64,000 bases of DNA from Emiliania huxleyi CCMP1516 (GCF_000372725.1 NW_005201792.1:747440-811439), one strand, 5' to 3'; positions 12,779 through 24,491 are shown, numbered from the stretch's first letter. Notes: generated by a model from the sequence alone, not told the origin. Numbers and translations: made by a program.

Positions 12779-13028
12779 TTGGAGCACTTGGAGTGCAGTT
12801 GGCAGCCTCACATCCAGGGCCGGGGAGCTAAAAAGCGCACCCAGCGGGCCAGATGCTCGGGGACGGGTTGCGGCGCCTTGCGGGTGCAAGAGAGCCCTAG
12901 CTAGCCCTGGGGGTGCGCGTTCGCAGGGAAAGGGCCATGAAGTAAACACGGGTCTCCGAGGGTTGGCTCCGCGCTCCGGGTTTCTCCTAGCAGCAGAACG
13001 CCCCCTCTACTCGGAGCTAGTAGGCACC
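12779..13028 (+). repeat. Dispersed repeat family A, uninterrupted copy (about 250 bp)
   Basis: TTGGAGCACTTGGAGTGCAGT...CACATCCAGGGCCGGGG...CCCCTCTACTCGGAGCTA. Related copies lie at 13583-13671 plus 14553-14706 (split copy) and at 38449-38512 (5' part only). Confidence 0.85.
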
Positions 13029-13671
13029 CGACACGGACATGAGACGACCGCTTCTATCTTTTTTCTACAATGACATCAGCCAACGGCGTGGCGATGTCGC
13101 GCGCATCCACGCGGTGCGTGCACAAGACAAGGAGTTTGGCCTCTGCCACACGTACGAGCTTGGCCGCTTCTGTCCGTCCATGCTGCCGTCGGCGCAGCGC
13201 ATCCCGCCTATTGGCGACCTCTTCACGCAGCAGAGCACCTCTCCGGCTCTACTTGTCGGTGATTGAGCCCACTCTCGTCGAGCAGGCCGCCGCGGGCAAG
13301 CACGTCACGGTGGGAGAGCGCAAGGGCGACTCCCTCGCCAACTCCAACAAGGGCGACCGCACCTCCAAGCACAACGGGGTGCAAGGGCCGCCCAGAATGC
13401 CATCCGGGCACGCTCGGTTGGCAGCATCATCCTCGGGGACAAGGAAAAGCCCGTGGTGACGCGGCACCTCAACGACACGTCCGTGACTGACATCTGCGAG
13501 CTCGGCGGCGACTTCGAATCGCTGTCGTGGGATCGCTTGTCATGTGAGAGAGTGCGTTGTGTTCTCGACACTCGAGCGGACCTTGGAGCACTTGGAGTGC
13601 AGTCATTAACCGCACATCCAGGGCCGGGGGGCTAAGAAGCACACCCAGCGGGCCGGATGATTGGCATCGGG

Positions 13672-14552
13672 CTGAGGGAGGGTGTAGAGGATGTAGAGTG
13701 TAGAGCGCTGTAGAGCTGTAGAGATGTAGAGCGCTCTGGAGCGCTGTAGAGCTGTAGAGCTCTACATCCGCCGCGTGACGAGGCGCCTGCGTTGTAGAGC
13801 GATGTAGAGGCGCTCTACAACGTGAAATCTCTACAACAAACTCTACATCATAAGCGGCGAACGAGGCACGGTCGCTCTCCGACATGAGGCGCGTTGCACT
13901 TGCCAGTGCGGCCCTGGCCTTCTGTCTACCCGCCCAATGGGTGGCAGGTGCCTCTGCTGCTATGGCATGCCTCACGGCTGCGACTGGCCGGCGCCTCGGC
14001 GCGTCAGCTCGGCTCGGCGTAGCGATCGTGGCCAGCGCAACTCGCCTGGACTCAACGCTCAGCCAGGAGCTCCCGCACGCGCTGGCGCGAGTCATGGCGC
14101 ATACAACGCGTCTGAATGCTCGCCTCGCCTCGCGCAAATGCGACCGTCCTCGCAGCCGACAGTCCACCGCCTGCTAAAGAAGCACAGCGACGAATGCGGC
14201 ACCGGCGACACATGGCAGGCTGGTCATGACGCAGTTATAGGGTGTTGTGTGCCGTCAGAGGGACTCTCTGTGTGTCAGGGATAGTCAGGGCTGTCCATCA
14301 GAGCTTCACTAAGCTCGGAGACACCCCATTAGCGCGGCTCGACCTCTTTGAGTCACTGCCTTCCCGGCGGTTTGGCTGTAGAGCCTCTACAACAAACTCT
14401 ACAACAAAATCGCGCTCTACATCGCTCTACAACGCAGGCGCCTCGTCACGCGGCGGATGTAGAGCTCTACAGCTCTACAGCGCTCCAGAGCGCTCTACAT
14501 CTCTACAGCTCTACAGCGCTCTACACTCTACATCCTCTACACCCTCCCTCAG
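13672..14552. mobile_element. Non-autonomous TIR DNA transposon (881 bp), about 138-bp TIRs, 8-bp target-site duplication GCATCGGG
   Basis: 13672-13809 is the reverse complement of 14415-14552. The TIRs begin CTGAGGGAGGGTGTAGAG and are built from TGTAGAG iterations. GCATCGGG flanks both ends (13664-13671 and 14553-14560). No transposase ORF is present. Confidence 0.9.
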
Positions 14553-15166
14553 GCATCGGGTTACGGGCTAGAGAGCCCTAGCCCTGGGGGGGTGCGCGTT
14601 CGCAGGGAAAGGGCCGTAAAGTAAACACGGTCTCCGAGGGTTGGCTCTGCGCTTTGGGGTTCCCCTAGCTGCGGAACGCCCCCTCTACTCGGAGCTAATA
14701 GACACCAACGCAACACGACGAGGCAGCCGACATCGCCGCTTAGAACCCCCCGCCCCGAGCGGCCTCCCTACCCCCACTCCAGAGGGGCTCCTCCCACCCC
14801 TCCGCCCTCGGTCCTCCCACAGGGTTTTTACCCTCCGCGACCGCGTGAGGATCGGCGCGGCGAGGGAGGGGCCATCGCACCCCCTCCTTGCGCAGTCAGT
14901 GTCCCCCGCTATGTGTCGCCGTCTTCGGGGCACGCAATCCTGTGCAGTCAGGGCAAGTGGGGGCGAGGCGCACACCCTCTGTCTGCTCTCTCCTGTGCGT
15001 AAAAAGAAAGAGAGAAAGCAGACAAAAAAAGAGAGGTTGTGTTCTCGAGCCGCGAACTGTGTCTTTTTTCTCGAGACGAGAAGCGGCGACATCAGCGCTC
15101 GCTTTGCGAGGGCCTGTTTGTTAGCGTGCACCTCTGCAGCTCCTCTGCATTTCGCTGTGCGCTGAC

Positions 15167-16297
15167 ATGGCGGAGTCGCCGAGCAGTGGGAGCAGCCAGC
15201 GCGCGGCCGCCATGGCTGCCCTCAGTGCTTCGTCGGATGAGATCCAAGTCAACGCACGGCACGTGAGCTCCGAGCAAAAAGCGGCCGAAGGGGAAAAGGC
15301 TCTGCAGTCGGCGCGGCAGCAGGCGATGGCAAACCTGAACCGCAAGGGTAGTGCCGGTGTCGTCTCAAAATCGCAGGGCTCGAGCCAGCATGGGCAGGCC
15401 CTCGCGGGCCTGCAGGGCAAGCTGGCGGATGAGGTGGGCACCGGCGCCAAGGTCGTCCCAAACTGGAAGATGACCGCCGCGCAGAAAAACGCCGCCGCGG
15501 CTCGCGCAGAGATCAAGGGCTCGGGCAACCACGCTGCGGCAAAGGCGCTGTTTGGTGGCGGCCCTAAAGTCCTCCCCTCCGGCGGAGGGACGCCCACGAG
15601 CTTTGTCCCGGTGCAAAAGTCGCCCGCCGGAGGCGCGGCACGCAAGCCGCCGGCCGCCGCGGCGACACCACCGCCGCCGGCAGCGGCGGTCGGGTCTTCG
15701 GTCGGGAGCAGCACGGCAGAGGCTCAGGAGGGGGTGGAGAAGGATCTGGCGCTGCTGCTCGCCGCCTTCCCGCGACTCGGCACCGCCGAGGCGCCGCACG
15801 ACCTGGCCCTGCCTGCGCACGCGCACACCGCCCTCCGAGACGTGTCGGAGACCGGCCCGAGACACGTCGTAGACGCGTCGCAGCTTGTCATCCCCAGGCG
15901 GACGGCTCGATCAGCACGACCTTTGGCAAAGTGACGGACGCGCAGGAAGCCAGGGCCGCAGCTCCGGGCGGCGCCTCTCGACACCGTGCGCTGTGAGCAG
16001 GTGATGGACGACGAGGAGCTCGAGCAGCAGCTCGAGTCGCTGGTGGGCACGCTCAAGGCGCGAGGCTGAGCTCCTCCCTGCCGCGTTGCCAGCTCTGACG
16101 AGACTCCTCCCTCACCCTCGCAGGCGGGCCGCAAGCGAGGACTCCTGCAGTGGGAAGGCACGCGCCGCCGCCCCCTCACCAGGCACCCTCCCCGACCCGC
16201 GCGGCGCGAGCAGGCGCTGCTCCCCCCCTCTGTAGGCCAAATCCTCCTCAAGGGCCCGCACGATGCCGTGCCCATCAAGTACGTCGGCCAGGCCTGA
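15167..16297 (+). CDS. Costars (ABRA C-terminal-like) domain protein with a low-complexity N-terminal extension; multi-exon
   Basis: ORF 15167 ends ...GVEKDLALLLAAFPRLG. Downstream short exons give VMDDEELEQQLESLVGTLK|AGRKRGLLQWEG|QILLKGPHDAVPIKYVGQA*, matching the Costars signature LVGTLKAAKKRG..EG..LL.G.HD. The joins use GC-AG introns. Confidence 0.75.
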
Positions 16298-17316
16298 TTC
16301 GGACGAAGTTTGAGCGCGGGCAGAGCGCAAGCCGCGCGCAGACCCAGCGGAGCGCGCCCGAGGAGGTGCACGGCAGCAGCGAGAGCGCGGCGCAACGACG
16401 CCACCGTGCCGGCAACGCAGTATGATTTTTGTGCAGGGCAGAGGACACAGGCAGAGATTTGGTGATGCCGCCCCCGTATTTGCTAACACTACCTACGTAT
16501 GTTCCTCACATCTCGGACTTCGTGTGTGTTGTGATATAGTGCTATACGGTCCGTTCGCGCGCGCTCTGCTGATGTTTCGACGTCCCTCGACGTTTTTGAA
16601 CAAAGGCTAAGTTTTTTCTGCGCTCGACTACTTCTATAACAAATTTTAACATACTGGATGACACATCATCCGCCCACATACGACGCACGAGCCTCGAGCC
16701 GGGTGAGCGCGCGTAAAAAAGTAACACACGCGCGCTGTGCCCCCCACTATTCTCTGTCTCACTGCTGACACTCCCTGCACAGCAGCATCCTCCTCCCCCT
16801 CACTGTAGTTGTCCCACCCGTCGTCGGAGTCGTCGCCACGGCGCTCGAAGCGGCAGCAGAGCTCCTCTTCCTCTGCAGCTCTGCTTCCTCTGCTAGCAGC
16901 TGCGCCAGCACTGCCTCCCACTCAGGGTCGGCAGCAGAGCCAGCATCGCTTTGAGCAGAGCAGCGCATTGCCACGTCCTCGTCGCAGAGAGCTCCACCGC
17001 GGCGAGAGACGTGGTGACAGTGGCGACCGACGTGCCAGTGGCGCGGCTGGCATCGCCAGCAGCGAGGCCGCCAGCATCGCCGCCGCGCAACACCGTTATT
17101 CACAGAAAAACACACACAACCCCGGACCCAAGACGCGGTATTCACAGCAGGTTGATAAGAAACAAGAAGGCGACTCGCAGACAGGTCGCAGAGTTTTTCT
17201 TTCAAAGACCTTTTTAGAAGAAAATAGGCGCGCTTCAAGTGCTCCATACCAAGTGCTTCACACAGAGCACAAGGGTCTCAGGGTGGCCCGCCCTGTCTAT
17301 GCACCCTTCCCTTGGC

Positions 17317-17721
17317 CTGTACCCATGTTTCCGGAAACCAAAAAGGAAACGACAGGGTCCCCAGCACTTTTCGTTTCCGGAAATTTCCAGGGAACCAGAG
17401 GGTGTTTGGTGCTCCATTCTGGCAACTCTCGAGTTTCCCTGAGTCCGAGAGCTGGTCTGCGGCAAAATATCTGAGGCGAAACCGAGGAAACCGGCAAAAT
17501 ACCAGGTATTTTCCAGGTATACGGGGTTTTTCAGGTATACCCGCAAAATACCGGGGTATTTTGCCGAGAGTTGGCTGATTTTGGGCCCAAACCAGCCTCA
17601 GAGCCCGTGAATTGATGATTTCCGCGGAGTTTCCTCGGGAAACTAGAGAGGAAACGAGAGGGTGCTGTAGAGAAACACAGAAAGGAAACGAGACGGGGTG
17701 AGCGAGGAAACATGGGTACAG
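17317..17721. mobile_element. MITE-like element (about 405 bp) with 16-bp terminal inverted repeats
   Basis: CTGTACCCATGTTTCC (17317-17332) and GGAAACATGGGTACAG (17706-17721) are perfect inverted repeats. The interior has iterated GGAAAC motifs and a central quasi-palindrome (about 17491-17566). The target-site duplication is unclear. Confidence 0.65.
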
Positions 17722-17798
17722 CCTAACCTTCCTCCCTCCCTGTAAAGTAAGTGACGAGTCCTTCCCCTAACACCGCATGTCCCCAACCCTGCTGATTG

Positions 17799-17840
17799 TG
17801 AGAGAGATATTTTTGAAGACCAACAAGAAATCACGACTCT
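17799..17840 (-). repeat. Dispersed repeat family B (about 40 bp)
   Basis: Reverse complement of GTCGTGATTTCTTGTTGGTTTTC.AAAATCTCTCTC, which also occurs at about 42046-42083 and 53342-53379. Confidence 0.8.
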
Positions 17841-18128
17841 CACAGCTGTTAGAGAGAGAAGATTCTTTCTCTCTTCCAGCTGTTAAGGAGCTTTCTTCTG
17901 ATTGTGTTAATCCCAGTGTGAGCGCCTGAAAGGGACAGTAAAGCGCAGAAAATTCTTTTGCCTGTGATAGTGCTAGCTAGCACGCGCCAGTCCGCACCTG
18001 AGAGAGATTTTGTTCCGCGGACGAAGAATTCTTTTGCTGCCGCGCAGGAACACTCATTAGTTGTCGGCTGAGGCAGGTTGGCATAGACTCGATCGAATAG
18101 GTTTCCCCTAACAGGGCCAACCCGCTGA

Positions 18129-19632
18129 ATGTCGCAAGGCGGCCTCAACCTCGACGCGTTTGTCTCTCAGATTGGCGAGTTTGCGGGCGTGTTGGGCCAC
18201 GCCGAGGGCACCGAGTGCCAAGATTGGAACAGCGAGGCCGTCGACCGCGCCTTTGGCTGGGCTGACTACGTGCAGGGCTCGGCCGCGCTGCTGGCCGACG
18301 ACTGCGAGGCAGCGGCAGTGGACCGCTGGCTCGCCACGCAGCAGGCGCAGCACTGGCCCTCCTCGCAGGCATCGGCGTCGACGGCCGCCGCGGCTGCGCC
18401 AGCCTCGCGGCTGCTCACGGTCGGCGCGCTGTCTGGGCGTGACGGCGCGGGCGGCGCGAGGGGCCTCTTGCTACGCACGTTGGCGCTCAACCCGACCGCG
18501 CCCAACGCCGTCGCGCAGGCCGCGCTGCAGCGCGCTCTCGGCGCGCCCCCTCCCGGCAGAGAGGAGGCGGAGGCGGCGGAGGCGGCGGAGGAGCTCGCCG
18601 TTGCCGCGCTGCTGCCGGCCGTGCGGAGGCAGGCGCAGCTCCGGCTCGCGCAGGCGGCGCTCCTCGAGCCGCGCCTCGCGCCGCTTGCGCAGCAGGCCGA
18701 CCCGCAGTGGTCCGCCGCCGCCGCCGTCGCTGCGCTCGCGGCGGGAAGCGAGGGCCGGCCGCTTCCGGCGGGCGAGGCGGTGACGGCGCGCGCGGTTGCG
18801 ATGGCGATGGCGAGGCTTGCGGAGCGAGTCCCGCGCCACGAGATGGAGGGCTTCTTCGGGCAGCCGCGCCTGTTTGAGTGCTACCCGCTCGCCCTCGAGG
18901 CGTGCTGTGGGCTCGGGAGAGCCGCACGCGAGCCTCGCCTGGACCCTTCTCCCCTCCTTGCAGGCGTGCTGCTGGCTCGCCTCCGGGGAGCTGCATGCCG
19001 CGGGGCTGGACGGCGCGGGCGCCGCCGCGAGAGCCGGAGGCGGCGCTAGCGGCGGGTCGGGGGCCGCGGCGAGCCTCGTAGCGGCGATTGCGCTCACCGC
19101 GTTGCGCGGCGCCGCGGCCTCCAGCGCCCACGTGGCCGGCGCGCTCGAGGCGCTGCACCCGAAGCTTCTCGCTTGGGTGTGCGCCAGGGACGCTGAGGCG
19201 GCCGCAGAGGGCGGCACCGCGCCGTCGGCCGTTCCCCCGCCGCTGGCCGCCGCCTGCCTCTCGAGCCTGCAGCGGCGAGCGGCGTCGCTGCTCCGCTCTG
19301 CGGAGCCGCCGCCGCCGCCGGCGGGGAAGCGACCCCGCTACCTGGACGGGCCGGCCGAGGGAGGCGCGACGCTCGCCCAACGAGTCGAGGCGCGCGCCGC
19401 CGAGTGGCGCGACCACGCGCGGCGGTGGCTGTGCCTGTGGGAGCGGGGCGGGCGGCTGCGACCGCTCGTGCTGCGCGAGCTGCGCCGACACGCGGTGCTC
19501 GGCGAGGCGCCGTCGGCGGAGGGGAGCCGCGTGCACCGCCTCCTCGTGCGGCTGGCGCCGGAGGCCGCCGCGCTCAGCGCGGCTCTCGGAGAAGGACGGG
19601 AGCCGGAGCGTAGCTCCGTGCGAGCAAGATAG
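18129..19632 (+). CDS. Putative Fanconi anemia group F-like protein (intron 18900-18963)
   Basis: N-terminus LDAFVSQIGEFAGVLGHAEGTECQDWNSEAVDRAFGWADY resembles the FANCF N-terminal pattern (F..LL.......WD...V.RAL.WA.Y). Removing a 64-nt GC-AG intron joins ORF 18129 to ORF 18796 in frame. Confidence 0.55.
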
Positions 19633-19736
19633 TACGAGAGCAAAAAACGCGCGTGGAAGCATCGTTCGTGCTCCACCGCGGTCGCACTTGGAGGCCGGGC
19701 GGATATTTTTCTTTTCCTGGCACACACGTTGGATAT

Positions 19737-19784
19737 TGACCGCGCAAGATAAAAGGGTGGCTAAGGGCTCTGCCCGCAAGGCGC
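19737..19784 (+). repeat. Dispersed repeat family C (about 50 bp)
   Basis: TTGACCGCGCAAGATA..AAGGGTGGCTAAGGGCTCTG..CCCGCAAGGCGC recurs at about 57067-57121. Confidence 0.8.
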
Positions 19785-20838
19785 CCGCGTCGCAGACGCG
19801 GTACCATTGACAAATCTGCGATATACCCCCACACGAGCAAATAGCAAAATCCGAATACCGTGCACGAATCCGGCGATGTGGGACCCAAGCCTTCAGCTGG
19901 TGCCAAGACGTAAAGTTGAAAGCAGAACGTCCGCCAAATCCGTGCTTTCGCGCTACCTGAGGGAAAGCTCCTGATCGAGCCCAGCGTGCCCGCGGCCGCC
20001 TCCCGCGCAGCACCGCCGCTGCGGAATCGGATCGAGCCCATGGAGGAGGAGGGCGCAGTCGGCCAGCGCAGCAGGCGGAGTCCCTCCCCGCGCCGGAGCC
20101 CCCCTGCAGTCGAGGGAGTCCTCGTTGGCGATGAAGGTGGCGACATCGAATCGCGGCCGACACACGTCACGTGGGAGGAATGGGCGATGAGCGGGAACGA
20201 TGCGCGCTACGACGCCGACTCCGCCGTGCTCGTGGCCGCAGAAAGCCGCGCTCCAGGAGCACGCCAAGATGCAATGGCTCGCTTGCTTCGATTCAGCTCT
20301 CTCGGCAGCAGAAGTGGGGCTGGAGCGGGTGGGGGTGGATGCCGATTGAGGGGGAGCGTCTCCAGCTGCGCCCTGTGGCAGCTGCGCCCTGTGGCAGCTA
20401 GTCGAGGGACTTGGTAGTTGTGACCCCCCTGAGTGAGGACAGGAGAGAGAGAGCGTTTTGTGGTGTTGGTGTACGCAATAACGGGACAGGGTGGTTGTTC
20501 TCTCTATCTCCTCTTCTAGCTCTTAGCATGAGCTGCGCCCGGTGTCCGACCCCTTTTGCGCAGCAACACCTTAAACTTTTAGGCCCTCCAAATTCGGGTC
20601 GGAGCGTAGCGGAGTGGGCCCCGAGTTTGAAAAGGGCGACGGACGCTTGCGTCCTAGCCGCCAACAACGCCTCCCCGGCGCAGAGGGGCCCCCGGAGGGA
20701 TGCACAACCGCTCCACGCCACGCCGCTTGCGGCGGTCCTCTTCCCAGCTCCGCTGAGGGCCCGTGCGTTATTTTTCTTTGGGGGAGAAAATTCTTTTTCA
20801 CGCTGGTACCTTAGGTATCGGCCGCCGCTCAAGAGTGT

Positions 20839-21914
20839 ATGCCTCCTCCTCCCATGCCTCCCATGCACATGCCGCCCATGCATATGCCTCCCATGCATAT
20901 GCCACCAATGGCGCCCATGGTGATGTCCTTTGGCGCCGCGACGTCCGGCGTGCCGTTCCTCTTCAGCAGCTGGAAGCCGGCGACGCCCGCCGCCTTCTTC
21001 TTTGCGTGCGCCCTCACAATGGCAGCCGCGGCAGCGCTCGAGGTTGCCCTCCGCGCGCTGCCCCACCTCGAGCGGAGGCTCGCGCGCGGTGGCCGCCGGC
21101 TCGCGCACCGCAACCTTCTGCGCGCCGCCCACACGGTCGCGACGACGGGGCTGTCTTACGCGCTGATGCTGCTCGCGATGAGCTTCAACGTGTACATCTT
21201 CGCGGCCGTCATCCTCGGCTTCGGGCTCGGCGCGCTCTTCGCCGGCCACCTGCACGAGCCTCCAAAGACGCGGCCGCCGCGGCTTGCAGAGATGGACAGC
21301 GCCAACCCGCCGACCTGCGAGCAGCTCTCGGTGCTGCGCGTGAGCGGGATGACGTGCGCGGCGTGCGTCGTGGCGGTCGAGGTTGCGCTGCGCAGCGTCG
21401 CCGGCGTCACCGCCGCCGCGGTCGACCTCGAGGCGGGCTCCGCCACCGTGCTGAGCTCGAGCGGCGGCGGAGGCGGCCTCTCGGCGCCGCCGATCACGCA
21501 GATGCTCGACGCGGTGGAGAAGGCCAGCCGCCGCCCCTCCTGCCCCGCGGGACCCGCCGCCCGGCCGAGGAGGAGGCGTTCGAACCCCCCCCCCCCCCCC
21601 CCCGCCGCCGCCCGCAGACTGGACGCACCGCCAGCGCAGTCGTCGTCGGCGCGGCCTTCGGCCCGAGCCTTGGGCGCGGCTCGGAGGGCACGCGTCTCCC
21701 CTGGCCGCCACCGCCCCTCACGCCGCGGCACCGCATTCTAGGCACGAGCCGGTCGGCATGCCAACAGGGCGAGCAGCCTGCTGCCGCTAGCACAGTTAGC
21801 AGCCCGCCAGACGAGCGGCGGACGGCGTGGGGTAGGCCCGGTAGTACTACTAGGCGGGCGTGGCGGCTGGCGCTCAGCGGGCCTTTCCCGCACGCACTCG
21901 TGCTTTGTGCATAG
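20839..21914 (+). CDS. Ctr/COPT-family copper transporter fused to a C-terminal heavy-metal-associated (HMA) domain; 3' end uncertain
   Basis: Met/His-rich N-terminus (MPPMHMPPMHMPPM..MVMSF), LFSSW, TM2 YALMLLAMSFN (MxxxM) and TM3 GFGLG (GxxxG). These are followed in frame by LRVSGMTCAACVVAVEVALRSVAGV..VDLEAG. A probable intron at 21523-21617 gives DAVEK|TGRTA. Confidence 0.85.
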
Positions 21915-22415
21915 ATTTGTGTGCGTGTGACTCACGGCACCGCGCGGTGCGGGGGCCCGGGGGCGTTCTCGATCTCGTGGTGTTTGGTGTGGCGTGTGGG
22001 GTGTGGCTGACTGGCTGTGGGTGCTGCGAGAGCCGAGACGAGAGAGAGCCGAGAGCTGGAGTGCGGCGCAAGTACATGTGTGTCGATCGAGCGTCCAGGG
22101 TGAAATTTGAAAGCCGCAAAAACAAAAACAAAGTGTTATCTAGAATCTCTAGCAATCGCGCGCAGGCACCCAGCCGCGCGAGAGCGAGACGAGAACCGAC
22201 CGCACACATGGAAGTTCCGAACACAGCCCCTGCTTCAGCCTGGTCACCGACATTCGAGAGAGCGTCGCGAGGAGAGTACGCGTCGCTAGACGCGTCGCGC
22301 CGGCTCAGAGGCGCAAACCCCCTCTCCCGCGTCCCGGGACCCGGCCGCGCGCGTTGCGCCGCGCGGGCAGGCGACTCGCCAGCATACGCCTGGTATGCGG
22401 CACAGCCCCTCGCCT

Positions 22416-24491
22416 CTACTTGTCGAGCGCCTTGAGGTCCTCCTTGCTCCAGACGGAGGGGAAGCACTTTGGCACCAGCTTGCGGATCAGGGGGAGGAAG
22501 GCGATGAAGAATGGGAAGATGACCGAGATGTACGGGTTTGGCACCTTGGTCAGGGCGTAGAGGACGGCGAGGCAGGAGAACTGGAAGAGCGTGTAGAGGT
22601 GGAGCGGTTTGCGCGCCACCTGGGTCACGTAGTCGTACTGCGGGTACTTCTTCGTGTCCCAGATGAGCCACAGCCAGAGCCGCTCGTACAGCTGCACGCC
22701 CGGCAGCGCCGTGACGCCCATGTAGAGGAAGACGCCCGCCAGGACCACCTTCGGGATCTTGGTGAGCACCGCGGAGAGGCCGAGCGCGGCGAGGAGGAGG
22801 CAGTGGATGCCCAGGTGCGTCACCCGCTGCTCGACCACGTTGGTCACCTTGGAGACCGTCTGGCCGTGCTCGTTCTTGGAGTCCTCGCGCGTCATGAGCG
22901 ACATGAGGTGCGACATCGAGCGGACGGTCGCGGCGTGCGTGAAGGGGAGGCCGAAGAAGCCGCAGATGGGGTAGATGAAGATGCCGCACACGAGGAGGTC
23001 GAGGTGGTACGCGCCGCCCTTCTTCAGGTTGTGGTCCTTGCGGTTGATGAGCAGCGTCGTCAGGTTCTGGTCGAGGTAGCCGAGCACGGCGAGGCCGAGC
23101 GCCGGCACGGCGGTAAAGAAGATGAAGCCGACGCCGGGCGTGTCGTAGCCGGAGGCGGTCTCGTCCCCGAACGGGTTGACGAACCAGCCGCGCGACTCGC
23201 CGGTCCCGTTGAGCGTCGCGGTGGGCACGATCTCGTCCGGCATGTCGAGGCAGGGCACGTCGACGTCGCGGAAGCCGTAGTTGATGCCCGAGTAGAGGAG
23301 GATGGAGAGGGTGACGCCGTAGTTGGCGACGAGCTTGCGGACGAGCGGCGTCGCCTCGTTGCGCTTGGGGAAGGCGCGGCACCACATGGCGGTGAAGTAG
23401 GTGAAGAGGCCGAGCAGCGTGCCGAGGAAGGCCTTTGCGCGGTTGGCCGGCGCCGCCGGGTCGTCGCCCTCGACGTCGGGGTCGGCGAGGTAGAGCTTGA
23501 TGAGGGTGGTGAAGGCGCCGACGATGAAGATGATCGAGATGAGGAAGGAGAAGATCTCCTCGGTGAAGCGCGTGCACACCTTCATGCACGCCGAGAGGTC
23601 GAAGAGCGCGACGAGGATCGTGAAGAGCGAGCACCACAGCGCTTGCCAGACGCGCGCCGCCAGGAAGTCGACCTCCATCTGCCGGGGGGGGGGGGGGTGA
23701 GGGGTTTAAGGGGGTGAGGGGTGAGGGGTGAAAAGGGGGAGGGGGCGGGCGGGCCGGGATGCGGGGAGGGAGAGGGGGGCGGGGGAAGCGCGCGCCGATT
23801 GGCAGATCTCGTAAAAGACGACGGTGAAGGCGAGCTCGGGGCCGGTCGCGCCGAGGATGCAGAGGGGCTGGCCCGAGAGGAAGGAGTAGATGAGGCCCGA
23901 CATGCCAGACGAGATGATCGTCTCGATGACGCCGAGCTGGTTGTCGGTCGCGTCGGCGAAGGCGGCGCCGAAGGTGACGGCGGGCGAGAGGCAGGCGAAG
24001 AAGAGGAAGCAGATGGAGGCGGTCGTCTTCATGCAGTTGCCGCCGGTGAAGGCCTCGGTCCAGTCCGACACGTAGAGCGGCACGCGGCGCAGCAGGTCGG
24101 CGCGGAGCCCGCCCGCGAAGCGGCCGGAGAACTCGAGCGGCGCGAGCTCCGAGATGGGCTTCTTTTCCTTGCTGCTCCGCATGTACTTGCTCGACTTGAT
24201 GCCCTGGAAGAAGCCGCTGCTGTTGCGCGACATGTTGGCCGTGTCGCCAAGGACGGTGCTGCTCTTGCCGGCCTCGCCCGCCTCGCCGCCGTCGTCCTCG
24301 ACGCGTGCCTCCCCCACGGCAGGCGCAGGCACAGCCCGAACAGACTCCTCCTCAAACGGGTCGCAGTCGGCGTCGTGCCCCGCGGTCGCCGGCGTGACGA
24401 GCGCGTCCGCGACGTGGTTGACGGACGAGTAGTTGTCGTCGCCGGGGTACGCGGTGGCCGGCTCGACGAACGGGGGCGCGGGGGCGGGCAT
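22416..24491 (-). CDS. SLC4-family (bicarbonate transporter / anion exchanger / BOR-like) membrane protein; intron at about 23680-23800
   Basis: Motifs YVSDWTEA, FLFFACLSPAVTFG, SGQPLCILGATGP, TRFTEEIFSFLISIIFI, YLDQNLT, LKKGGAYHLDL, GLPFTHAATVRSMSH, VVEQRVT and VLAGVFLYMGV. Confidence 0.92.

Noticed and set aside
12779..12850. tRNA- or SINE-like identity for repeat family A
   Set aside because: I could not fit a cloverleaf or convincing A/B boxes, so it is kept only as a dispersed repeat.
11861..13560. Short ORFs (78 aa with a hydrophobic segment; 13039-13459 fragments) as genes
   Set aside because: They are embedded among repeats, fragmented and have no recognisable family. They may be remnants but cannot be supported.
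19986..20417. 143-aa ORF between the FANCF-like and Ctr genes
   Set aside because: No motif and no splice support; it may be a fragment or noise.
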